From an uncultured virus (IMG/VR IMGVR_UViG_3300032038_000023) (Duplodnaviria > Heunggongvirae > Uroviricota > Caudoviricetes): 64,000 nt of DNA. Where the stretch lies: the IMG/VR virus record IMGVR_UViG_3300032038_000023; one strand, written 5' to 3'. Positions 34,017 to 44,436 of this stretch are shown one piece after another; the stretch's first letter is position 1; each line of letters begins with the position of its first letter. The notes under the pieces are model-generated. The model was given only the letters and a program-made list of their open reading frames with translations, did no database searches and was not told the origin of the DNA. A program made the position numbers and the translations under genes.

Positions 34017-34274
34017 GTAACTAAATAGGTGAGTTATGGATAGGACATGTACTTATATTCCTGGTTGCACATATATCGTTTATGATAAAGAAACGTTTAA
34101 AGAAATGCTTGCAACTGGGAATTTTCATTGTATAGATATTACTTATGAATATAAATCGAAATGGCAATTTTGGAAGCGTAAGAAGATTGGGTACTATACA
34201 TTAATGTGTATTAAACTTTTACCAGCATTAACAACTGAAGACTGTAAAAAATTTAGCGGATTAGTATAATATAA

Positions 34275-34349
34275 ACCCGAGTAGTCTAACGGCTTGGATG
34301 TCAGGCTTTGAACCTGAAGGTGGACGGTCGGCACGTCCCTCGGGTGCCA
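34275..34349 (+). tRNA. tRNA-Gln (TTG)
   Basis: TCAGG-CTTTGAA-CCTGA; atypical T loop; CCA. Confidence 0.8.
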
Positions 34350-34378
34350 ATATGATTTCAATAAAGGAGAAGATAAGA

Positions 34379-35902
34379 ATGAATAAATTTATGAATGGGC
34401 TTAAAGAGACTGATAACTATACTCTTACCGAGAATGGTGCAGTTACTCATAAAAGTACGCTCAATGGTCTGCTTGATCTTTTTGGGCTTGGCGCGGCTTA
34501 CCGTACCAGAGATGACTCGGATTGTATCGTTCTTTTCCAGAAAGCTTGGAAGGAAGATCCGGTCTATGCGCTGAAGTGTCTGTTCTATTTGCGCGATGTG
34601 CGTGGTGGACAGGGCGAAAGACGTTTCTTCAGAGTTGTTTGCCATTGGCTGGCAGATAATGAGACCGAAGCAATGCGCCGCAATCTCGTGTATGTACCAG
34701 AGTTTGGACGTTGGGATGATCTCTATACGTTCGTTGGTACTAGACTGGAGAACGATGCGTTTAAGCTGATGCGCGATCAATTTGCGCTTGATTTAAGGTC
34801 TAAGACTCCTTCTTTGCTTGCAAAGTGGTTGAAGTCTGAGAATACTTCAAGTAAAGCCACCAAAGAGCTGGGTAAACTCACGCGCATATACTTTGGTCTT
34901 ACGCCTCGGTCGTATCGCAAAGGACTTAGTATCCTTCGTGAGCGGATCAATGTGGTGGAGCGGCTTATGTCTGCGGGTGAATGGGATAAGATCGAGTTTG
35001 ATAAGATCCCTTCGAAGGCTGGCTTCATCTATCGGAATGCGTTCGCGCGTCATGACATTGAGCGCATGAAGAACGATCCGAATGTGCGGTCGTATGAAGA
35101 CTTCATTCAGGACGAAGAGACTACGGTTAACGCCAAGGATCTCTATCCGTATGAAGTTGTGGCTAAGGCCTATGCTCTGACGAGTAGGGGTGGCTCTTGG
35201 TGGAACAAACCCACTATTAATGTTGATCCCACTGAGCGCGCGGCGATCAATAAGTACTGGGACAACCTTAAAGATTACTTTAATGGTTGTAGCCTTGATG
35301 CATTGTGTGTCATTGATACCAGTGGATCTATGTGGGGACCTAATGCAAGTGCACCTATTAATGTCGCAATCTCCATTGGACTTTACGCGGCAGAGCGTGC
35401 GCGCGGTCCGTTTGCTGGACACTATGTGTCTTTCTCTAGTCGTCCGCAGTTGATCGAGACGAATGGTGTGGATTTCGTTGATAAGGTGCGCCGCATCTAT
35501 GAAACGAATCTTTGCGAGAATACGAATATCGAAGCTACTTTTGATATGCTTCTCGACACCGCAATCCGTAATCGTTGTTCGCAGAAAGACCTTCCGAATA
35601 CCATTATCGTGGTAAGCGATATGGAGTTCGATAGTGCGCGCGATTACTGGGATCGTCACAACAACAATACTCTTATGGAGAATATCCGTAAGAAGTGGGA
35701 CGATGAAGGATATAGGATGCCAAATCTTGTATTCTGGAATGTCGAAGCGCGCCACGACAACATCCCCATGAGAGTGGAAAACGGCATCACCATGGTAAGT
35801 GGTTTTAGCCCTGTTCTCTTTGAGCAGATCATGAAGGGTCTTTCCGCAGAAGATCTGATGTATGACAAACTCAATAGCGAGCGTTACGCTTGCATTAAGT
35901 AA
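34379..35902 (+). CDS. DUF2828-family protein (TROVE/Ro60-like N-domain + vWA)
   Basis: TENGA, RDVRGGQGER, GRWDDL, AKWL; vWA MIDAS DTSGSM...T...SDMEFD; start at ATG 34379 after AAGGAG. Confidence 0.8.
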   Translation: MNKFMNGLKETDNYTLTENGAVTHKSTLNGLLDLFGLGAAYRTRDDSDCIVLFQKAWKEDPVYALKCLFYLRDVRGGQGERRFFRVVCHWLADNETEAMRRNLVYVPEFGRWDDLYTFVGTRLENDAFKLMRDQFALDLRSKTPSLLAKWLKSENTSSKATKELGKLTRIYFGLTPRSYRKGLSILRERINVVERLMSAGEWDKIEFDKIPSKAGFIYRNAFARHDIERMKNDPNVRSYEDFIQDEETTVNAKDLYPYEVVAKAYALTSRGGSWWNKPTINVDPTERAAINKYWDNLKDYFNGCSLDALCVIDTSGSMWGPNASAPINVAISIGLYAAERARGPFAGHYVSFSSRPQLIETNGVDFVDKVRRIYETNLCENTNIEATFDMLLDTAIRNRCSQKDLPNTIIVVSDMEFDSARDYWDRHNNNTLMENIRKKWDDEGYRMPNLVFWNVEARHDNIPMRVENGITMVSGFSPVLFEQIMKGLSAEDLMYDKLNSERYACIK

Positions 35903-35950
35903 GTTACGGGCAGAGATTACTCTGCCCAAAATTGTTTTAAGGAGTTACAT

Positions 35951-37162
35951 ATGAAAAAATTTATTTCTCTCGTTCTTGCTTGTTTGATGGTATTTGTTTT
36001 GTGTGCTTGTGGTGAGAGTGCCGCGCCTGCTCCAGAACCTGGCCCCGCACCTGATGCTCTCTCTACAGTAAAAGTTGGTTTTATTTATCTCCATGATGAG
36101 CAGTCTACTTATGACCTTAACTTCTTGAATGCTGCTAAAGAAGCATGTGAGAAACTTGGTGTAGAGTACATTAATAAGACTGGCATCCCCGAAGGTAATG
36201 AGTGTTATGAGGCGGCCGCCGAATTAGTAGATTCTGGTTGCAATATTATTTTTGCTGATAGTTTTGGTCATGAAGATTATATGGTACAGGCCGCGAAAGA
36301 CTATCCTAACGTTCAGTTCTGCCATGCTACTGGTGTAAAGGCTCATACTGAAAACCTTCCTAACTACCATAATGCTTTTGCTTCTATTTACGAAGGGCGC
36401 TTCCTTGCGGGAATTGCGGCCGGCATGAAACTCAATGAGATGATCGAAAGTGGGAAAATTACAGAAGATCAGGCTTTAATTGGTTATGTTGGTGCTTATC
36501 CTTACGCTGAAGTTATTTCTGGTTATACGTCTTTTTTCCTTGGCGTGCGGTACGTTTGCCCGTCCGTAACTATGAAAGTCCAGTTCACTGGGTCTTGGTA
36601 TGATGAAGCTGTAGAGAAAGAAGTAGCAAACCATTTGATTGATGCTGGTTGTGTGTTAATCTCTCAGCATGCTGACTCTATGGGTGCGCCCGGTGCTTGT
36701 GAAATTGCTGGTGTTCCTAATGTTTCCTATAATGGAAGCACTCTGAGTGCTGCTCCTAATACCTTTATTGTGTCTAGTCGCATTAACTGGGCGCCGTATT
36801 TCACTTACATGATTGAGTGTGTTCAGAAGGGTGAACCTATTGCGGCAGATTGGACTGGTACTATTGATACGAATTCTGTTGAACTGACGGAAGTTAATAC
36901 TGCGGTTGCCGCAGCCGGTACCACGGAGAAGATGAATGAAATTAAAGCTATGCTTACTAGCGGCCAGCTTCATGTTTTTGATACTAATACCTTTACTGTT
37001 AATGGTGAGAAGGTTGAGAGTTATATGGCTGATGTAGACTTCGATGCTAATTACGAAGCCGATACGGAAGTAGTAAAGGATGGATACTTCCATGAATCTG
37101 AAATGAGATCTGCGCCTTACTTTGACTTAACGATTGATGGGATCTCTATTCTTGGTGAGTAA
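35951..37162 (+). CDS. BMP-family ABC substrate-binding lipoprotein
   Basis: Lipobox LCAC; SFGH, YEGRFLAG, GSWYD, SQHADS. Confidence 0.85.
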   Translation: MKKFISLVLACLMVFVLCACGESAAPAPEPGPAPDALSTVKVGFIYLHDEQSTYDLNFLNAAKEACEKLGVEYINKTGIPEGNECYEAAAELVDSGCNIIFADSFGHEDYMVQAAKDYPNVQFCHATGVKAHTENLPNYHNAFASIYEGRFLAGIAAGMKLNEMIESGKITEDQALIGYVGAYPYAEVISGYTSFFLGVRYVCPSVTMKVQFTGSWYDEAVEKEVANHLIDAGCVLISQHADSMGAPGACEIAGVPNVSYNGSTLSAAPNTFIVSSRINWAPYFTYMIECVQKGEPIAADWTGTIDTNSVELTEVNTAVAAAGTTEKMNEIKAMLTSGQLHVFDTNTFTVNGEKVESYMADVDFDANYEADTEVVKDGYFHESEMRSAPYFDLTIDGISILGE

Positions 37163-37212
37163 TTAAAGAAAGGAAAGAACCAGAAGTCTTATTCTGGTTC
37201 TTTTTTATTTAT

Positions 37213-37971
37213 ATGAAAAGATTAATATGTATAGTGGTTCTAGTGTTGATGTGTTTTTATGCACCGGCCGCGCAAGCAGATACAGAGATTACAGTTGAAG
37301 AGCATTCTAAAGAGAATGATTACTTCGATGGAAGTTATGTATACGTTGATGTGTGGTTTGATGATATTCATGACTTTAAAACCTATATTGACGATAAAGA
37401 CACAATAGGAAATTTAATAGAGAAAGTAAAAGATGAAGAACCTTTATTGGCTTTAAATGGTGACTTTTGGAATTATCAATTAGAGCAGAAAGTTATAGTG
37501 CGTAATGGAGAGGTTTTATCGGATGTTGTGAGCGTACCAGTACGTGATTATTGCGTCATATACGGCGGCGGGACGATGGTTACGTATCACCATGATGCTA
37601 TCGAAGATGTAAGTTTACTTACGAAAAATGCATGGCAAATATTTTCATTCGGCCCGCAACTCGTCCATAAAGGTGAACCAATTTTAGATTATAGTGACAT
37701 CTATGATACTGATCTCTCTAGTCATTCCCATCCGCGTACAGCAATCGGATATTTTGAGCCAAACCATTATTGCTTCTTAGTAGTGGCTGGCCGCAATAGT
37801 GTCGATCATGGATGTTATCTTGAAGACATGGCACGATTCTTTAGTGATATAGGATGTAAAGAAGCTTATAACTTAGACGGCGGCGGATCAAGCCATATAT
37901 GGTATAAAGGAGAAGAACTTGGTGTACCATCAGAAGACCGCCCAATACCAGACATTATCTATATAACTTAA
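37213..37971 (+). CDS. Secreted phosphodiester glycosidase (NAGPA-like)
   Basis: Signal peptide; NGDF, FGP, HPRTAIG, NLDGGGS. Confidence 0.85.
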   Translation: MKRLICIVVLVLMCFYAPAAQADTEITVEEHSKENDYFDGSYVYVDVWFDDIHDFKTYIDDKDTIGNLIEKVKDEEPLLALNGDFWNYQLEQKVIVRNGEVLSDVVSVPVRDYCVIYGGGTMVTYHHDAIEDVSLLTKNAWQIFSFGPQLVHKGEPILDYSDIYDTDLSSHSHPRTAIGYFEPNHYCFLVVAGRNSVDHGCYLEDMARFFSDIGCKEAYNLDGGGSSHIWYKGEELGVPSEDRPIPDIIYIT

Positions 37972-38035
37972 TTTTGACTTTATTATAATTCTATGTTATA
38001 ATATATATATAGAAAATGGAGAAAGGAGAATATAA

Positions 38036-38899
38036 ATGAATATTCAATCTCTTAGTATCGTTGTACCATGCGGCCCGCACTGTATAAATAATTGTAAGTT
38101 CTGCGTGTCGAGAATGCACTGGGAAGACTATGGTAAAGATATAGTTGGTATGGTAGGTAAGGAGATCCCGCAATCTTATCTGGATCGCATGGCTTTTGTT
38201 AGAGAAGAAGGTTGCAATGCGTTGATTCTTACGGGGACAACTGAACCGCAGCAGAATTTGCCCTTTATTTTTCAATTACTCAAGAAGAATCGTGAATTGC
38301 CTAAGCCTTTCTATAATATTACTATTCAGACGACTGGTGCGAATATGACAGAAGATATTATTTATGCACTTGCTAATGCGGGTGTGACTACGCTTGCGTT
38401 GTCTGTATCTTCTTTCTGTAATGCAACTAACTGGAATATCATCCAGACTCCAAAGGGAGCACGTAAATCTTCGATTGGAGATCTGATTAAATATGCAAAG
38501 CGTGCTGGTATGAATGTGAGAATGTGCTTGAATCTTACTAGCGAGTTTAGTGGGCTTGAGCCAGAGACGATGTTTAGTGTTGCTCACTATAGTAAAGTAG
38601 ACCAATTGACTTTTCGGAAGATCTATGCAGATGGTGATAATGAGAAGTCTGATTGGATCCATGAGCATGAATATCCAGAAGAAGAGTTTGAAGCAATTCG
38701 TGAATATATTAAAGCGAATGGTACTCCAATTGCGCGCCTGCCCTATGGTTTTATCCAGTATTCTGTTCATGGTATCTCTACTGTGATTGATGATAACTGC
38801 ATGAGTAAAGATAATATTGATGAAATGAAGTATGCAATTCTGCGACCGAATGGAAAATTATATAGTCGCTGGGACGATACTGGAAGCCTCATTTTTTGA
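38036..38899 (+). CDS. Radical SAM protein
   Basis: CINNCKFC motif; LTGxxEP. Confidence 0.8.
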   Translation: MNIQSLSIVVPCGPHCINNCKFCVSRMHWEDYGKDIVGMVGKEIPQSYLDRMAFVREEGCNALILTGTTEPQQNLPFIFQLLKKNRELPKPFYNITIQTTGANMTEDIIYALANAGVTTLALSVSSFCNATNWNIIQTPKGARKSSIGDLIKYAKRAGMNVRMCLNLTSEFSGLEPETMFSVAHYSKVDQLTFRKIYADGDNEKSDWIHEHEYPEEEFEAIREYIKANGTPIARLPYGFIQYSVHGISTVIDDNCMSKDNIDEMKYAILRPNGKLYSRWDDTGSLIF

Positions 38900-38976
38900 A
38901 CAGTTGATATAATATATTTGCTTTCTATAAAAATTTATGTTATAATATATATAGAAAATGAGAAAGGGGCAAGAAA

Positions 38977-39833
38977 CATGATCCATTATGGTAAGGTTAG
39001 TACTCGTGCTGGTAGCTGGAGCCATTACGCTCGGAAGCTTGCGGATCGTTTGATTGAAAGTGCGACGTATGAGATTGAATCTGGCCGTAGTACTCCCGAA
39101 GAAGTCCGTATTTTTGTAACGGAGACTCTTCAGAACACCCGCCGCAATCCTCTGATTGTTAAGCGTGCCGCGAAGCGTCTGCATAGAAAGGGGTGGCTGT
39201 AATGGAATGGATTGAACAGATGAAAGAAGCTATGCGTGCTGTCTCTGATGCGTGTTATGCTAATAAAGACTTTTTTGGCTGTAAAAAATGTCCGTTTAAA
39301 GATTATTGTAAAGTAATTACTCACATTGGTTATGATATTCCCGAAGCTTGGGATACAGTACATTTTGAGGTGAATTAATATGATTAACTATAAATCGTTT
39401 AAGCTCCCCGGTAATGCAAAACTTAGGGTTCGCGCGGACAAGATCGTTGCAACTGTGAGTTCTAAATCTAATAATTCTGTTGATGTGTTCGTTGAAGGTG
39501 TAGCTAATCCTTGGCATATTGTACTAGGTGATGAGAAGTCATCAAAAGTGATTGATTATGTATGGGAACGTCATAATATAGAAATTGAAAATGAAGAGGA
39601 GGAAGACAATGTACTTTGCTAAAGTTAACTGGTATAATGATTACGATGAAAGAGATGTCATCTCGTGCATGATTATTTGTGCGAGGGATTGGAACGAAGC
39701 AATAGAAAAGATCTCCAAGCAATTTACTTGGATCAATTCCATTCAGATGGATCAGCTTGATTCTGACGAGTGCGATGTGGTTTATATCACTGAAGATATG
39801 CTCGATGGAATCCTTAAAGAAAACTCTTATTAA
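38977..39833 (+). CDS. Small hypothetical genes (38977, 39202, 39380, 39609)
   Basis: Abutting ORFs after a sigma70 promoter. Confidence 0.55.
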
Positions 39834-39939
39834 TATGGTGAAATAGAGAGAAGATGTACTTACATCTTCTCTTTTAAATTTGTAATTTTCTCTAATTTAT
39901 GATATAATATATATAGAAAGTGAGAAAGGGGACAATGAG

Positions 39940-40635
39940 ATGTTTGAATTGAAAGATATAAAGCGCGCAATGGAAATTGTTAAGAATCTTGATCTGCCGC
40001 GTGACTTCGGTATTGACGCGGATGATGACTTTGATACTTACAATATTGAAGAACAGATTGGTGACGTGATGAATGATAGTTTCTTTGTAACTAATGGCGT
40101 CTCTAAAATGGTAATTGTCCCCAATGAACTTCCTTTTGTCATCAAGATCCCGTTTAATGGTCGGTGGGTTTCGAATTTTGATTGTGCGGAAGAAGAAGAA
40201 TGCGAAGAGTTCTGGTACTTTATGATGGCAGAAAGCAAAATGAGCGGCGATGACTATTGTGCTAGAGAACTTGAACTGACTGCTGAAATTAAAGCAGAAG
40301 GTTTTGGCGATTTTGTTCCCGATATGATGTATGTTGGTAGATGTTGTGGACATAATGTCTACATTCAAGAGAAGGTAAAACCTATGAGTGAATGCAGCAA
40401 AACGATTCACCCGACTGAAGACTCTTTAAATAAATCCAGACAAATTAATGCACCGTTTCTTGATGCCTGGGCTGCGCTTGTAATTGATACTTATGGTGAA
40501 GACAATTACAATAAGTTTCTTGAGTGGGCGCGTGAGAATGAACCCGATGTTTTGTCCGATATGCATACAGGTAATTACGGCATTAATATGAATGGGAATC
40601 CAATCCTTCTCGACATTTGCGGTTTCCGTGATTAA
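39940..40635 (+). CDS. Protein-kinase-like fold protein
   Basis: GVSKMV, VIKIP, DMHTGN...LLD. Confidence 0.65.
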   Translation: MFELKDIKRAMEIVKNLDLPRDFGIDADDDFDTYNIEEQIGDVMNDSFFVTNGVSKMVIVPNELPFVIKIPFNGRWVSNFDCAEEEECEEFWYFMMAESKMSGDDYCARELELTAEIKAEGFGDFVPDMMYVGRCCGHNVYIQEKVKPMSECSKTIHPTEDSLNKSRQINAPFLDAWAALVIDTYGEDNYNKFLEWARENEPDVLSDMHTGNYGINMNGNPILLDICGFRD

Positions 40636-40717
40636 GGAGAGTGAAAATGAAATTAGCAATAGCAATAGTATTTATAATGATGATTATTACAGCAAGTGAG
40701 AACTGGAGGCATTATCG

Positions 40718-41314
40718 CTGAGTAAGTAGATAATTGCTCTTCTTTTAATCATCACAACTTTATTTATTTGTATTCCGAGTGTATAGGCCGAGATGCGGCC
40801 GTTTGAAGAACCGTAGTTAATATGGGATTAGCTTTATGAGTTAATCCCATCGAAAGAAATAGTCGCTGGAATCATGGGATACTTTATGCGTGAAAGCGGC
40901 TTTAAGGCAGACGCGATTGCCGGTTGGTACTTGACCCCAAATACAGATAGATGCGGCAAGTTCGTTAAAGAGATCAATAAAGGTCTTAAAGATAAATCAA
41001 CAAAAGATCAATTTGTTAAAGACTCGCATAATGCGGGTGGTTATGGGATAGGTTAGTGGTATACTGAGAAGTACCTTGAAGACCTATATGATTTTTTGAG
41101 CGAAAATTCCAAGTCGATTGGTGATTTAGAAGCTCAATGTAAATTTACTGTAGAGAGTATGAAAGCTAACGAAAAGCTATGGAAGCTTTTAGAAGAAGCA
41201 AAAACCACAGAGTAGTGTGCGAAGTGGATTGGAATTTATTATGATGGAGCATCTGAAGTGGGTATCGCTGTGATGGAAGAATACGCAAAGGAGTTCTATC
41301 GAGATCTAGCTTGA
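40718..41314 (+). CDS. Signal peptide + phage-tail-lysozyme-like domain (code 15)
   Basis: AGIMG...ESG, GYGIG[TAG]W; apparent CTG start after GGAGG (start uncertain). Confidence 0.7.
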
Positions 41315-41402
41315 TGGCTCGGCCGCGAAAGTAAAAGTTTGACTTCTGTTGGATTCTATGCTATAATAAGTTTAGAAAATAAAACTTAGGTAGGAAAGGA
41401 GA

Positions 41403-42502
41403 ATGTTAGGACAATTAGTTGATGTTTGGTATCCTGGCCCAACAGAAGTCAGATTTAAAATTGATGGGACTAGTAATTTAGGAATTGCGTTTGAAGATCG
41501 TATAATTAACTTAGAGAATGGAGAAGTATTCCATATTCAAGATATACTTTATAGTGCGCTTGAAGCTGGAGAAGATCCAGATGATGTGATTGTAGAGTGG
41601 TGTGAGTGGATCCCCATAAAGGAACTTTAAATACTGGGGTGTAGCGTAACGGTAGCGCGGCGGTCTCTAAAACCGTTGTGAGTGGGTCCGAATCCCACCG
41701 CCCCCGCCATCCAATTAAAACTGATCGAAGGAGAAAGAATGAAGTACATTAGGTTTACTGGTTCAGCTGGATATGCTGGTACTGATTACGAAGAGTATGT
41801 AGCTTTTCCAGATGATGTAACTGAAAAAGAAATTGATGAGTATTCTTATGAGCAGGCCGCAGAAAACGCAGAAACTTTTGAGTATGTAGTGCGCGGTTTA
41901 GAAGAGTGGGAAGATGAAGATGATCGTACCACTTATTATGATAACGCAATGGATTATTGCTATTGGGAAGAAGTAACGAAGGAAGAGTATGAAGAAAATG
42001 AGTGAGTTTAAAAATTACAGATATGTAAAGCATGGAAATGAAGTAATTGCGATTAGTACATTCGCAGGCCGCACTGTAAAGGGAAAAGCTAAGTGTCATC
42101 CAAATGATACATTTGATTTCGAGTATGGATGTAAACTCGCGGCGGCCCGTTGTAACCAAAAGATTGCTTTCCTTAGATGGAAACGGGCGTGTAAAAAGTA
42201 TCTTGATGCCAAGGCCGCGAGACTACGTGTTCAACGTGAGTTTAACGATTGTTGTGATTATCTTACGAACTCGTGTAAACAGCTTGAGAAAGCGTATCTT
42301 GAAGTGGGGGAATTAGAAAATGACAGCTAAGAGACTTCGTGAACTTTTAGAGTATGCCTATGATGATGCGGTTGTCTATATAAGTCTTGAAGATGAAGAT
42401 GGAAATGCAATTGATAAGCTCGCTAAATCAGTGAGAACGGAAGTCTATGACATGGGAGAAGATATTCCAGATCTCATCTGTATGGTAATTTCAAACGTAT
42501 AA
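41403..42502 (+). CDS. Small TAG-free hypothetical genes around the suppressor tRNA (41403, 41739, 41998, 42320)
   Basis: RBS-supported ORFs after a TTGACT/TATAAT promoter (~41339-41368). Confidence 0.6.
41635..41709 (+). tRNA. Amber suppressor tRNA (CTA), Gln-type
   Basis: GCGGT-CTCTAAA-ACCGT, anticodon 41667-41669; U1 mismatch, G2-C71, G3-C70, G73; CCA. Confidence 0.93.
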
Positions 42503-42749
42503 ATTTTGGGCGACTGAGTCAGAACTAATGACTCGGCCGCCCATTTCGTATTTAAATTTTTCAAAAATTTCGGAGAGAAAATTCGGTAAAAAATTGGAAT
42601 GACTACCTAATAAATTCTACATAAAGACAAAAGATAGGAAATTAAAAGTATTAAATATAGGTTTAACGAATCCAATTTAAATTCCCCAAAAAGAGAAAAG
42701 GAACCGAGCGCAAATGGAGCGTCACGCGAAGCGTGACGTGAAGGTTGCA

Positions 42750-43110
42750 GCGAGACGTATAAGTACAAACGTATAAGTATAAACGTATAAGTAATACGTA
42801 TATTAAATACGGAGACGAGCGCGAACGTATAAGTGGAACCGTATAAGTAATACGTATACGTAATATGTATACGTAATACGTATATTACTTAGAGATAGCA
42901 CGAACGAAAATTAAACGGGTTCTAGCCGAGCGTGAAAAACGTATAAGTAATACGTATAAATAAATGGGTACGGCGTAAACGTAAACGAACCGGGGCGTAT
43001 ACGAAGGAATAAATACGATAGACGTATAAGTAATACTTATATGTATTCGTATACTTCTAATACGTGGATCGCGTACGTAAATACGTATACGAAAAACTTA
43101 TACGTTTGAT
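42750..43110. repeat. ACGTATAAGTA repeat cluster
   Basis: Copies at about 42755, 42769, 42784, 42826, 42840, 42940 and 43022, plus inverted copies. Confidence 0.8.
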
Positions 43111-43472
43111 ACGGGTCTTGTGTCCCGGACGAGGTCGGACACGTCCCGAAGGGATTTTTAGTATGTAAATTGTCTCTTAATGGGATAAATTGTCTCTGGC
43201 CCCAAAAATTCAATCTTTTCAAATTTTTATTTTGGGAAAATTTTTGAACTTTTTCCAGCTTTTTCGGACGCGAACTCTATATTTTTTGAAAAAATTCGAA
43301 CTTTCGTAAAAATACGTAGAAAAAATTTGACACGTTATTTAGACGTATCAATCAAAATCCGCTTATTAAAATTTGATGGGTCGGCCGCGCGAAAACGTAG
43401 GCTCAAAACTAAAGACGTATACGAAAAGAACCTACTCAACTGAGTAGGTTCTCTTTCTTTATTGGATACGGC

Positions 43473-43844
43473 TTACGCCTTGACGTAGCCGCGCTGGGTA
43501 CCCTTGCCGGTGATCTTCACATCGACCTTAAGGACGATACCGGACTCAACGAGCGGACGAAGCAGAGACGGAACGGAAGCGGGCTTCACGGTCTCTTCCA
43601 GACCAGCATCGGCAATAAGCATCGAAGCGGTCTTCGGGTTCTCAGCGAAATCCATCGCCATCAGCAGAGCATCGCGGATCGGAGCCTTCTCGGCCTGCTT
43701 CGCAGCAGACTTCTCAGCGGCCTTAGCCTTGCGGGCGTCAGCCTGGGCATCCATCTTAGCAAGGGCGTCAGTGGCGAACTCGACGAGAGCGGAGTCAACG
43801 TTGGTGAGATTGGCGATCTGGTTGTAGAATTCACGAGTAGTCAT
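43473..43844 (-). CDS. MTTREFY-family protein 1 (coiled coil + winged-HTH-like)
   Basis: Paralog of 48635 and 49179. Confidence 0.7.
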   Translation of the reverse strand: MTTREFYNQIANLTNVDSALVEFATDALAKMDAQADARKAKAAEKSAAKQAEKAPIRDALLMAMDFAENPKTASMLIADAGLEETVKPASVPSLLRPLVESGIVLKVDVKITGKGTQRGYVKA

Positions 43845-44088
43845 AGGGCAATACCTCTTTCTCGCTATTAGGTTGCGACCCGTTTAATTAAATTATTTAT
43901 TAGGGAGAGAGTTTATTTTTTCTTTCTCTCTCACTTTCTATATATATTATACTATAGATTTTATGTTTTTTCAAGATTTAAGTGGAGAATTTTAAAGTTT
44001 TTGGGGTTTGAAGGGGAAATTTCGCGCTTTATTTATATTTCCCCTTTAATTTTACCATAAATTTAAGGTTTTTTCAAGTTTTTCGTGT

Positions 44089-44436
44089 TTATTTCTGGAT
44101 TTTTTCGGACTTTTTCTGCGCCCGAGCGGCTGCTTTTTCAGCACGGGCCGCAGCTTCGGATTCTTTACGGGCCTTGCGCTCGGCCGCAGCGTCCAGTTTC
44201 AGCTGGTACTCACGAGCAAGAGAGTAACCATCGTTGCCGTTTTCTTCGTCGGCTTCTTTAGGGATGATGACGGAAAATTTTACCCAGCGGCCTTCGCCTT
44301 CGGAATCAACGGTAGGAATCATGAGAGTGCCGGCCGCAGTCTGGCAAACATCCACGTCGTACTTCTGGCTCAGGAAATCCGCAAGATCAGCAGTGAAATT
44401 GGCACGCAGTTCATCGGTGATATTTTTCTTTGCCAT
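44089..44436 (-). CDS. Hypothetical protein with Ala/Lys-rich tail
   Basis: Paralog of 46319. Confidence 0.7.
   Translation of the reverse strand: MAKKNITDELRANFTADLADFLSQKYDVDVCQTAAGTLMIPTVDSEGEGRWVKFSVIIPKEADEENGNDGYSLAREYQLKLDAAAERKARKESEAAARAEKAAARAQKKSEKIQK

Noticed and set aside
34298..34378. N-terminal extension of the DUF2828 ORF
   Set aside because: It overlaps tRNA-Gln; the RBS supports ATG 34379.
41710..41740. HDV-like theta ribozyme after the suppressor tRNA
   Set aside because: Only about 30 nt separate the CCA from the next start codon, and no double pseudoknot is evident.
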